NCBI GenBank assembly: GCA_001189215.1
Contig: LFCR01000006.1
Coordinates: forward strand, 133,354 to 197,353
DNA: 64,000 nucleotides
Source: Parcubacteria bacterium C7867-008
Lineage (GTDB): Bacteria; Patescibacteriota; Minisyncoccia; Phycocordibacterales; Phycocordibacteraceae
Direction of reading: 5' to 3'
How positions within the stretch are numbered: the first letter of the stretch is position 1; each line of letters begins with the position of its first letter. A model generated the notes under the pieces. That model did no database searches and was not told the origin of the DNA. It saw only the letters and a program-made list of their open reading frames with translations. Both the position numbers and the translations under genes were made by a program. Shown piece after piece: positions 18,582-26,386 of the stretch.

Positions 18582-19907
18582 ATGACCACTGTATATATGC
18601 GGCGCAATGACGGCCGCCGTAACCCGTTCGACCGCGATGCGAGTCGTTCATCGGGCCGTCCTACTCGTAATGGAGCTCGTTCTGCGGGTTCTTCAAATCG
18701 CTCTTCTGGCGCGCGTCCTTCGCGTGGCGGAGATCGCTTTTCTTCAAACCGTTCCTCAGGTAGTCGTCCTTCTCGTGGAGGCCGCAACTTCCAGGAAATG
18801 GCGGTAGATCTATCAAAGCTTGTTAACAAGGCAGTTGTTGGATTCGTTGCTGAGGTATACGTACCAAAGCATCAGTTCATAGATTTCCCTGTGGATGACA
18901 AGCTTAAGGCGAACATTATCTCAAAGGGATACGTCACCCCAACTCCTATTCAGGATCAGTCGATCCCGGTAGTACTAGAAGGTAAAGATATCGTTGGTAT
19001 TGCAAACACCGGTACTGGAAAGACGGCATCATTCCTCATTCCACTTATCGACAAGGTGCTTAAGATGCGTGCTGCTGGTGTTGAAGAACGTGTACTCATT
19101 ATGGTTCCAACCCGTGAGCTCGCTATTCAGATTGAGCAGGAATTCTACGGATTCGCTCGTCAGCTTGGTATTAACTCTGTCGTTGTAGTAGGTGGTGCTG
19201 GTATGGAGCCACAGGTTCGTGGACTTCGTCGCAAGCCTAACTTCGTTATCGGAACTCCAGGACGTCTTAAGGATCTTATGGAGCGCCGTGAACTGGACCT
19301 TTCTAAGTTCCAGACTGTGGTACTTGATGAGGCAGATCGCATGCTAGACATGGGATTCATCCAGGACATGCGTCACATCATGAGCTTCATGATGGATGAT
19401 CGTCACACACTCTTCTTCTCAGCAACGCTTTCACGCGATATCGAGAAGTTGATTGGTGAATTCCTTCATGAGCCTGTCCGTATTTCTGTTAAGACTCGTG
19501 ATACTGCCGCTACCGTTGATCAGGACGTGATTCGCGTACCTGCCAGCGAGAAGCTCAGTACTCTTATCGAAATGCTTAAGCAGCCTGAGTTCGACAAAGT
19601 TCTTGTCTTCGGACGCACCAAGCACGGTGTTGAACGTCTTGCTCGTGATCTCAATGCTGCAGGTATCAAGTCTGATTCAATCCATGGAGATAAAACCCAT
19701 GGCAAGCGCCAGAAGGCACTTGGCCTCTTCAAGCAGAGTCATGTAACAGCCCTTGTTGCTACTGACGTTGCCGCTCGCGGTCTCGACATCAGTGGCGTAT
19801 CGCACGTGATCAACTATGATCTTCCTGCGACGTACGAAGACTACACTCACCGTATTGGCCGAACAGGTCGTGCTGGTAAGACAGGTAAGGCGCTTACGTT
19901 CATTTAA
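18582..19907 (+). CDS. DEAD-box ATP-dependent RNA helicase with N-terminal Arg/Ser/Gly-rich tandem-repeat extension
   Basis: Q motif; Walker A ANTGTGKTASF; DEAD (VLDEADRM); SAT, HGD and HRIGRTGR motifs. The N-terminal 90 aa are low-complexity, with two copies of an approximately 16-aa repeat (NRSSGxRPSRGG). Confidence 0.9.
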   Translation: MTTVYMRRNDGRRNPFDRDASRSSGRPTRNGARSAGSSNRSSGARPSRGGDRFSSNRSSGSRPSRGGRNFQEMAVDLSKLVNKAVVGFVAEVYVPKHQFIDFPVDDKLKANIISKGYVTPTPIQDQSIPVVLEGKDIVGIANTGTGKTASFLIPLIDKVLKMRAAGVEERVLIMVPTRELAIQIEQEFYGFARQLGINSVVVVGGAGMEPQVRGLRRKPNFVIGTPGRLKDLMERRELDLSKFQTVVLDEADRMLDMGFIQDMRHIMSFMMDDRHTLFFSATLSRDIEKLIGEFLHEPVRISVKTRDTAATVDQDVIRVPASEKLSTLIEMLKQPEFDKVLVFGRTKHGVERLARDLNAAGIKSDSIHGDKTHGKRQKALGLFKQSHVTALVATDVAARGLDISGVSHVINYDLPATYEDYTHRIGRTGRAGKTGKALTFI

Positions 19908-19923
19908 TTGAACCAGTAATACA

Positions 19924-19953
19924 AAAGGGCCGGCTGCGAAGCCGGCCCTTTGC
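19924..19953. terminator. bidirectional rho-independent terminator (AAAGGGCCGGC-TGCGAA-GCCGGCCCTTT)
   Basis: Perfect 11-bp stem between the helicase (+) and the downstream minus-strand ORF. Confidence 0.6.
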
Positions 19954-19974
19954 CGTATAGGGTGTGCGAGCGAG

Positions 19975-20322
19975 CTACGCTGCCGCAGCCACCGGTTCTT
20001 CCAGGCTTGCCCGGATGAACGAGATAATTTCGCCACACATGAAGGCTTTTGGTGGCGGGGCAACACCGGCGACCAAGCGAGCGAAATGTTCCGAGGTGAA
20101 ACCGAACCGTTCAAGAAAACTCTCAGTGGTCATACCACAGAGAAGCGCGAGCCGGAAATACCAGGCCAATGTGGCCCCATCGATCTCAGTACTGCCAATG
20201 TTCGATGCTTGAAGTGCGGTCTTGAAGAAATGAGTAGCCTGCTGTCCAATGGCCACAACTGCCTTGATGCTGGTGGCGGTATCGAGATGTTCAACGTCCG
20301 ACATCACAAAATCCCTTTCCAT
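19975..20322 (-). CDS. hypothetical protein (high-GC islet); likely start at the internal ATG at 20304
   Basis: 115-aa ORF. The internal ATG at 20304 is preceded by AAGGGA with a 7-nt spacer. GC3-rich codons. Confidence 0.4.
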   Translation of the reverse strand: MERDFVMSDVEHLDTATSIKAVVAIGQQATHFFKTALQASNIGSTEIDGATLAWYFRLALLCGMTTESFLERFGFTSEHFARLVAGVAPPPKAFMCGEIISFIRASLEEPVAAAA

Positions 20323-20423
20323 TCAGTTCAGAACTAATGTGAGTCCCACTATTCAAAGTACGCTTGTTATTAAAAATGTCGAGATAAGTGATGGTACTAG
20401 TGGAAAACCTATATAAAAGCAAT

Positions 20424-20446
20424 CGGCCACACACGCGGTGTGGCCG
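20424..20446. terminator. GC hairpin CGGCCACAC-ACGCG-GTGTGGCCG (terminator-like) between two minus-strand small genes
   Basis: Perfect 9-bp stem. Confidence 0.4.
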
Positions 20447-20478
20447 ATCATTGAAGGGGGTTGGGGACCCGAAGTGGT

Positions 20479-20649
20479 TCAGGCGGCGACGCACACCTTG
20501 GCGGTGACTAGCTCGCGGGTGCAGATCGGGCATGTAAACAGAGGCCCTCTGCTAGGGCAGTTGCAGGTTACTTGCTTCCTCATGGGGTTGGCCAAGACGA
20601 AGGCAAGCATTGCATTTGCCTGTTGGGTGGCGACTGGAATGTTTTGCAT
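20479..20649 (-). CDS. unannotated small Cys-rich (zinc-ribbon-like) protein, 56 aa
   Basis: Minus-strand ATG at 20649 is preceded by AGGGAG with a 6-nt spacer. Translation MQNIPVATQQANAMLAFVLANPMRKQVTCNCPSRGPLFTCPICTRELVTAKVCVAA has a CxC-x8-CxxC pattern. High GC. It is below the ORF-track length cutoff. Confidence 0.35.
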   Translation of the reverse strand: MQNIPVATQQANAMLAFVLANPMRKQVTCNCPSRGPLFTCPICTRELVTAKVCVAA

Positions 20650-20783
20650 TCAGTTCTCCCTGCTGATGATCCACTTTGAATAATGCATTTAGGCAGGTCT
20701 TTAGTCAACGGGGAAGCTGTGAAAGCCGAATTAATCAAGAATCAAAACAAATTAGCGCATGTGCACGATATAATCTGTACATA

Positions 20784-23033
20784 ATGTCTAGGGAAAAGAT
20801 TCCAGTACCATCGGTGGGAAAAACCAACCAAGAACTCTCACCATTTGAGAGTTTTAAAAAGAAACATAAACCCCTTAAAGAAGCTTTTAATCCGGAAGAG
20901 GAATTAGCGAACATATCTCAACTCTCTCGAGAAGAGAAAGGGCGAGCGCTCCGTGGTTTTAAAGAGAAACTTGCAACCCAGCATGCTGCTTGGGCTGCAT
21001 TTCGTACAGATATAGAAAATCGTATTAAAGAAAATCCTGATGTTGCTGGGTCAGTATTTAACGATACCTTGGTGGCATATGCTGACGCATATGGGTTTAC
21101 TAAAGAGCAAATAACCCTTGCCGCAGAAATCTTTGAAGACTATCTCGCAACACGAGCTGCAGTATTAAAAACACGAGAAACATACCCAGACGATCGAGAA
21201 CTTGTTCAAAAACTTACGGGTATTCGTGTGCCAGAGGGCACTACCGTTAAGGTTTCTATTGGTGCCATGAATATAGATATCGTCACCAACACGCGATACA
21301 TGAATATGGTGTATGCGCAGTCGAAAGAAATGGATGAGCCAATTGAATATGGTGGTTTGGCCTGGAATAGGAACGTTGATGGAGAGCACGTGCCATACAA
21401 TCTTATTAGCGATGAAATAGAAGGTGATAGCGTACGGGTACATGAGGTACAACACCAAACAAACCACCTATATCGAGATTTCTTTGAGATGGAAATCGAC
21501 GATATTGAGATGCGCTCAATGCGTCTTATATATGATATGAATTCAGACCCGACGGTTCGGAGAACAGGTTTGGAAAGCTATGTTTCATCTAGAGTTACGT
21601 CTGCAACACGTCGTGCTAAAGATGAAATACTTGCCTATGCAGCAGATGGCACTTCAGCAGAAAACACCTTTAAAATCCTTACTAAAAAGGATGGTAAAGC
21701 GTATGATTATCTTAAAGATTTGCGAGAAGAGAAAAGTGATGACCCTATATGGCTGGATGTTGTGCCTAAAAAGGTAGTTACCGAATATGAAGGGGTAGTA
21801 AAAAGCGGTACCGAAGTCTTTGCTACCCTTGCTCATAAGTTTCCCAGGGATGAAGTAATTGCACTTCTGTCCGCTGAACCCCTTGAGGATTGGTCACGTT
21901 TCATGACCCGAATGTATCCACATAAGTCTCAGTTCTCAAATGAGCCACGAAAAGTACTGCGTGAGTTGGTTGAAAAGAGTCCACAGATGGATCGTGAACG
22001 TGCTGCGAAGATAGAAAAACTCAAACAAACAGCAAAGGAAAATACACTGCCAGCTCTCGGAACCGCTGCGATAGGTACTGCGCTGGGCGCATTTGAAGCT
22101 CATCAAATAAATGCCGCGTACGAAACACACTCCGACAGGAATAATGTCGAGTTTATTGATGCTGATAGTGCGTATTTCAATGTGGTGTACGCTTCTAGTG
22201 CATTGCCTGTTAATAAAGAAACCATAGGACATGCCGATGCACTGATTCTAGATGTTCGCACGGTCCACACTAAGAATGAAGCAGAAGACTTCGTTGCAAT
22301 TGGAGCACAAAGTCACGAGCGGCTAAGTGCAATAGATACTGCGCTTATGGAAATACATGGGATACGTGCCGCTGGCATACCTTCTCGCTATCTTCGCCTT
22401 ATTGAAGAGGCCTTGGAACATAAAATCCCGATCTACTTCCTAGACATTGAAACACCAGAAGCAGAACGTGCTGAGGATAGATCTAATACCCTTAAGGTTG
22501 CAGAATCTGCAGTAGGTGTGGGGCTGGTAGCGCGGGGTGTGAAAGAACTTAACCAAGAGAAACAAACACGTCGCAGCTTCCTCTCTGGATTCTCTCAACT
22601 GCTTGCAGGTAGTTATCTTGGATCGCGTATACCTGATGGTGCCTTAGCTGCCGCAGAACAGTATGAACCAGATACGCGCGCATTTGCTCACCCTTTGAAG
22701 CAGGAGTTAGCTAGTATCAATAGCCAGATACACCCGGAAACGCACCTTGCGTTAGATCTTGAGACACAAGATGCCCTCGTTGCTCAGAAGGCACATACAT
22801 TAGGGAAGTGGTTGGGTGCAAAACTGGGCCATAAGCCGTCACTAGCACTGGTACTGGATAAGAAGCATATAGGCCTAAAAAGGGAGCTTGAAATGTCAGA
22901 AGAGGAGCGATTACTTCAGCTACGCAAAGATCTAGGTCCAGATCTATGGCAGCAGTCCGACATCATTAGGGTCTCAGGAAAACACTTCAATCTCAAATCC
23001 AAAGTCTTTAAAGATGACTCTTTAATGAAGTAG
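20784..23033 (+). CDS. large hypothetical protein (about 750 aa) with an HExxH motif; orphan
   Basis: Long ORF with genome-typical codon usage. HEVQH sits in the context SVRVHEVQHQTNHLYRDFFEMEID, with a possible downstream Glu, and there is no TM segment. A TATAAT lies 11 nt upstream of the ATG at 20784 with no SD, suggesting a leaderless-like start. The alternative start at 20676 overlaps the RBS of the minus-strand small gene. Confidence 0.55.
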   Translation: MSREKIPVPSVGKTNQELSPFESFKKKHKPLKEAFNPEEELANISQLSREEKGRALRGFKEKLATQHAAWAAFRTDIENRIKENPDVAGSVFNDTLVAYADAYGFTKEQITLAAEIFEDYLATRAAVLKTRETYPDDRELVQKLTGIRVPEGTTVKVSIGAMNIDIVTNTRYMNMVYAQSKEMDEPIEYGGLAWNRNVDGEHVPYNLISDEIEGDSVRVHEVQHQTNHLYRDFFEMEIDDIEMRSMRLIYDMNSDPTVRRTGLESYVSSRVTSATRRAKDEILAYAADGTSAENTFKILTKKDGKAYDYLKDLREEKSDDPIWLDVVPKKVVTEYEGVVKSGTEVFATLAHKFPRDEVIALLSAEPLEDWSRFMTRMYPHKSQFSNEPRKVLRELVEKSPQMDRERAAKIEKLKQTAKENTLPALGTAAIGTALGAFEAHQINAAYETHSDRNNVEFIDADSAYFNVVYASSALPVNKETIGHADALILDVRTVHTKNEAEDFVAIGAQSHERLSAIDTALMEIHGIRAAGIPSRYLRLIEEALEHKIPIYFLDIETPEAERAEDRSNTLKVAESAVGVGLVARGVKELNQEKQTRRSFLSGFSQLLAGSYLGSRIPDGALAAAEQYEPDTRAFAHPLKQELASINSQIHPETHLALDLETQDALVAQKAHTLGKWLGAKLGHKPSLALVLDKKHIGLKRELEMSEEERLLQLRKDLGPDLWQQSDIIRVSGKHFNLKSKVFKDDSLMK

Positions 23034-23093
23034 CCTGGTGGGGATAGAGCTATTGCAGAGCTATAAAATCGTTATACTAAAAGGGCGAAGGCT

Positions 23094-23376
23094 CATGGAT
23101 CCATTCCTTCAGATGCATATCTTTTTTCTGGTCACCACTATCGTAGTGGTGGCGCTTGGCGTGCTCTCGTGCGTCGCGCTTGTGTATCTCATTCTTCTCT
23201 TCCGTACCGTGGAGCGCATTGCGAACCATGTTAACGAAGAAGCAGAAGAGATACGCGCAGATCTAGATGATGTGCGAAGGAAGGCGAAACGTGAGGGGCT
23301 TCGTTTGGGGCATTTGATTACGTTCTTTGGGAAGACCGCGAAACGTGCGAAGAAGAAGCGCACCATCGCAGATTAA
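23094..23376 (+). CDS. small membrane protein (DUF948/YtxG-like architecture: one TM plus charged coiled tail)
   Basis: AAGGG 5 nt upstream of the ATG at 23094. A hydrophobic N-terminal helix is followed by a basic, charged C-terminus. Confidence 0.45.
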
Positions 23377-23397
23377 TTATTTTTTGTAACTCAATGT

Positions 23398-23904
23398 ATG
23401 GCAACTAAGAAAACTGTTAAGAAGACCGCAAAGAAAGGTAAGAAGCAAAGTGATGCAATGATTGCTGCAGAGATCGGTGCAGGAGTACTTGCCGCAGCTG
23501 GTGCCGCAGCTGGCGCGTACTACTTCTATGGAGACAAGAAGGCAAAAAAGCATCGTCAGGCAGCAGCGAAGTGGGCAAAGGGTATGAAGGCTCAGGTTGT
23601 TAAGGAAGCAAAGGTTGTTGCAAAGCTTGATCAGAAGGCAATGGCAGCAATTGTAGACAAAGCAGCTGCAGCATACGCAGGTGTTCGTTCTGTTGATGCA
23701 CAGGATCTTAAGAATGCAGCAGCAGAGCTTAAGCGTAACTGGAAGGAAGTTGAACGTGAGGTTGAAAGCGCCCGTCGCAAAGTAAACAGCGCCGGCAAGA
23801 AAGTTGCAAAGAAAGCAACAAAGGTAGTAAACAAGGCTGCAAAGAAAGTCGTAAAGCAGACCAGTCCTAAAAAAGCTGCAAAGAAGTCAGCAAAGAAGCG
23901 TTAA
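23398..23904 (+). CDS. Lys/Ala-rich basic protein (histone H1-like / nucleoid-associated candidate)
   Basis: 168 aa with extreme K and A content and AKK/KKA repeats at both termini. A short G/A-rich hydrophobic patch lies near the N-terminus. Confidence 0.5.
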   Translation: MATKKTVKKTAKKGKKQSDAMIAAEIGAGVLAAAGAAAGAYYFYGDKKAKKHRQAAAKWAKGMKAQVVKEAKVVAKLDQKAMAAIVDKAAAAYAGVRSVDAQDLKNAAAELKRNWKEVEREVESARRKVNSAGKKVAKKATKVVNKAAKKVVKQTSPKKAAKKSAKKR

Positions 23905-23930
23905 ATAGGGGTGTGATAGGATAGACGGAT

Positions 23931-24647
23931 ATGGAAACAACAAAAAGCGTATTTATGGATCGGTACCTAACCCCTGTGGCGGTACTGCTCGCAGCAGTCA
24001 TTATTGCTCTCGCACTGATCTTTGGTCAGGGAATGGGTAAAGGTCCTACTGACGGGACAGGTAAGGCAGCCGTAGCAGTTAACATCAAGGATGTTAAGAC
24101 GGACAACAGCCCGTATATTGGTGAGAAGAACGCACCAACTACCGTTGCCGTCTTCTACGACTATCAGTGCCCATTCTGCAAGCAGTTTGAGCAGGCGGTA
24201 ACACCTAAGCTCATCGACGCATATGTAAAGGATGGTAAGACAAAGATTGTCTTCAAGGACTTCCAGTTCCTTGGTGAAGACTCAACCACTGCAGCACTCT
24301 TCGGACGTGCACTTTGGGAGGCTCATCCAGATAAGTTCCATGCATGGTTCATGGCAATGGCTGAAGCACAGGACGATGAGGGTGACCAGGGCTTTGGTGA
24401 TCTCGCTTCAATCCAGAAACTCTCAGGTACTATTCCGGGTATCGACGTTGAGCGTGTCACCAAGCTCATGACAGACAAGAAGGCAGAGTACACCAAAGCA
24501 ATTGAAGCTGATCGTGCAGAAGGTGCCGCTCTCGGTATCAACGGTACACCAAGCATTATTGCTGGAACCAAGCTCTTCTCAGCTATGTCTCCAGATGCCT
24601 TCTATGCAGGTATTTCAGCACAGCTTGATGCGCAGTTGAAGAAGTAA
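23931..24647 (+). CDS. DsbA-family thiol:disulfide oxidoreductase (membrane-anchored)
   Basis: N-terminal TM helix and a thioredoxin fold with the CPFC active site (YDYQCPFCKQFEQ). Confidence 0.8.
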   Translation: METTKSVFMDRYLTPVAVLLAAVIIALALIFGQGMGKGPTDGTGKAAVAVNIKDVKTDNSPYIGEKNAPTTVAVFYDYQCPFCKQFEQAVTPKLIDAYVKDGKTKIVFKDFQFLGEDSTTAALFGRALWEAHPDKFHAWFMAMAEAQDDEGDQGFGDLASIQKLSGTIPGIDVERVTKLMTDKKAEYTKAIEADRAEGAALGINGTPSIIAGTKLFSAMSPDAFYAGISAQLDAQLKK

Positions 24648-24735
24648 TTATTCTTCGTTGACAGACAGACAGCATTTCGCTATCATTGTTCTGACAACTC
24701 CTCATCTGGTGTAACAACCAAGCGAGAGTGGAAAA

Positions 24736-24766
24736 GAAAAACCGGCCGAGAGGTCGGTTTTTCTTT
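24736..24766 (+). terminator. rho-independent terminator after dsbA
   Basis: AAAACCGGCC-GAGA-GGTCGGTTTT hairpin followed by TTCTTTCC. Confidence 0.5.
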
Positions 24767-24828
24767 CCATCTTTATTTCATATCGCCCTTACGCTCCCCA
24801 TATCACGTATCTTCTATAGTCATCTTGC

Positions 24829-24897
24829 GCCGGTGGCTTCGGTAGCGAGATGGCAGTTGTCATTCCACTCTCGAGGGTTCAAATCCCTCCGCCGGCT
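24829..24897 (+). tRNA. degenerate tRNA-like element (pseudo-tRNA, Thr-UGU-like): canonical acceptor stem and T-arm but aberrant D-arm
   Basis: A 7-bp acceptor stem (GCCGGTG/CGCCGGC) and a perfect T-arm GAGGG-TTCAAAT-CCCTC. The D-loop is only 4 nt, position 8 is G, the anticodon stem has a mismatch, and the loop is GTTGTCA (anticodon TGT with a pyrimidine at position 37). It would probably score low with tRNAscan. Confidence 0.35.
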
Positions 24898-24918
24898 TAG
24901 GATATATACTGAATATAT

Positions 24919-25419
24919 ATGAAGACTGTAGTGGTACATGATCCCATGCAGCTGGGATATTCCTATCAACTCACTGAGCCTGAAGGAAAGAATTTCGACC
25001 CTGAATTCAAACCAGATCTCACGCCAAAAGATATGTTTGAACGAGGAGTCTTTGGAGGAAACTACTTCGCAGGACATCTGGATGAATTCCCAAAGGACTG
25101 GCTAATTAATGCCAAGATCTCAGATGTGCACGATAAGAAACTAAACTTCTTCGGTCTTGATGCATCTCAACCCTATGAAGTCTGGAAAGCTAAGGGATGG
25201 ATATATAAAGATGATCCTCGTGGGTGGTTTCAGTGGTACTGCCGCTATTATCTGGGACGTCGTATTCCAGAAGAAGATGCACGGCAGATTAAGCGATGGA
25301 AGCAGATGGTGCGTCATGTGGCACAGGTGCGCTATGCATGTCGTCGCGGAGACTTCACATGTCATACTCGACAACGTCAGGCCCTCCTCCACTGGGCATA
25401 CGATAGTGCGAGCCTCTAG
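24919..25419 (+). CDS. hypothetical protein (Trp/Arg-rich conserved core)
   Basis: 166-aa ORF with no TM segment. A distinctive segment reads GWFQWYCRYYLGRRIPEEDARQIKRWKQ. No family could be assigned by eye. Confidence 0.5.
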   Translation: MKTVVVHDPMQLGYSYQLTEPEGKNFDPEFKPDLTPKDMFERGVFGGNYFAGHLDEFPKDWLINAKISDVHDKKLNFFGLDASQPYEVWKAKGWIYKDDPRGWFQWYCRYYLGRRIPEEDARQIKRWKQMVRHVAQVRYACRRGDFTCHTRQRQALLHWAYDSASL

Positions 25420-25500
25420 CAGGCTCATATGCTATCCACATCATTTCTTAATTTCCTGCATGCAATAGTGAATAGGCATTATCAAGGCTAACTTTTTTCT

Positions 25501-26052
25501 ATGCCTAATTATCGTCTGCTCGCTATTTCAGGAAGTCAGCGCAAGAGCTCCTACAACTCTGCGCTCGTACAAGCGTTTATTAGTGCTGCTTCGGAGAACA
25601 TCTCAATTGAAGTATTAGATTGGTCTGATGTGCCACTGTACAACCAGGACCTTGAAGAATCTTTTCCAACGATCGTGACCGAAATAAAACAGAAGATTGC
25701 GGAAGTAGATGGAATCATTATTGCTACCCCAGAATATAATCGTTCTATTCCAGGACCACTTAAAAACCTTATTGATTGGGTAAGTCGACCATATGGTCAG
25801 GGTGCTTGGGCAGGGAAGCCAGTTACTGTTGTGGGTGCCTCAGTGGGCTCAGTTGGAACAGCACTTGCACATGCTGACGTGCAAAAATCTCTTATGTTCA
25901 ACAATGCACATGTCCTAGGACAACCAGAATTTTATCTAGGGTTTGCACAAAACAAGTTTGATGAACAAGGGAACTTAACAGATGAAGACACAAAACAACA
26001 TATCATTTCACAGCTCGCTGCATTTACTGCATATATCGACACGCTTCGGTAG
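25501..26052 (+). CDS. NAD(P)H-dependent FMN reductase (flavodoxin-like fold; SsuE/ChrR/ArsH-type)
   Basis: Motifs LLAISGSQRKSSYNSAL and IIATPEYNRSIPGPLKNLIDW are typical of the NADPH-dependent FMN reductase family. Confidence 0.8.
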   Translation: MPNYRLLAISGSQRKSSYNSALVQAFISAASENISIEVLDWSDVPLYNQDLEESFPTIVTEIKQKIAEVDGIIIATPEYNRSIPGPLKNLIDWVSRPYGQGAWAGKPVTVVGASVGSVGTALAHADVQKSLMFNNAHVLGQPEFYLGFAQNKFDEQGNLTDEDTKQHIISQLAAFTAYIDTLR

Positions 26053-26069
26053 TGGGTTACTATTGGTAC

Positions 26070-26303
26070 ATGGAACGTCTCACCCCAGGCATCTACTATC
26101 ACTTCAAGCACCCGGAACAACACTACGAAGTACTCGGTATTGCCTTGCACACTGAAACCGAAGAAGACATGGTGATTTATAAAGCACTGTATGGTGAGGG
26201 TCGTTTGTATGCTCGGCCAATTGAAATGTTTCTTGAACAGGTAGACAAGCCAGACTACGGATATACGGGGCCTCGTTTCGTATTCGTGGGTCCAAAGGCG
26301 TAG
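26070..26303 (+). CDS. DUF1653 domain protein
   Basis: MERLTPGIYYHFKHPEQHYEVLGIALHTETEEDMVIYKALYGEGRLYARPIEMF matches the DUF1653 pattern (pGiYrHyKg...lVvYr.lYg...wvRp..mF). The ORF-track start at 26052 is a GTG; the ATG at 26070 fits the family N-terminus. Confidence 0.6.
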   Translation: MERLTPGIYYHFKHPEQHYEVLGIALHTETEEDMVIYKALYGEGRLYARPIEMFLEQVDKPDYGYTGPRFVFVGPKA

Positions 26304-26386
26304 GTATCAGGGTGCTGACCCCCCCATACGATAAGACTTGTATTTCTTATATTTAGTGATATAATTCATATCACTAACCAACTCTC

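Noticed and set aside
18428-18829. 133-aa minus-strand ORF rich in PPREGR and EERFEE repeats
   Set aside because: It is the antisense reading of the RGG/SR tandem repeat in the helicase N-terminus, with no RBS. It is a mirror artefact of the repeat.
20438-20683. 81-aa plus-strand ORF with a GTG start across the 20.4-20.7 kb GC-rich segment
   Set aside because: It starts inside a perfect hairpin and has no SD. The minus-strand 56-aa ORF with an AGGGAG RBS is the more plausible coding interpretation.
24600-24900. tmRNA (ssrA) ending in the T-arm/acceptor at 24873-24897
   Set aside because: The 5' acceptor partner lies only about 65 nt upstream, far too short for a tmRNA. No tag-peptide reading frame or pseudoknot region is available because dsbA occupies the upstream sequence.
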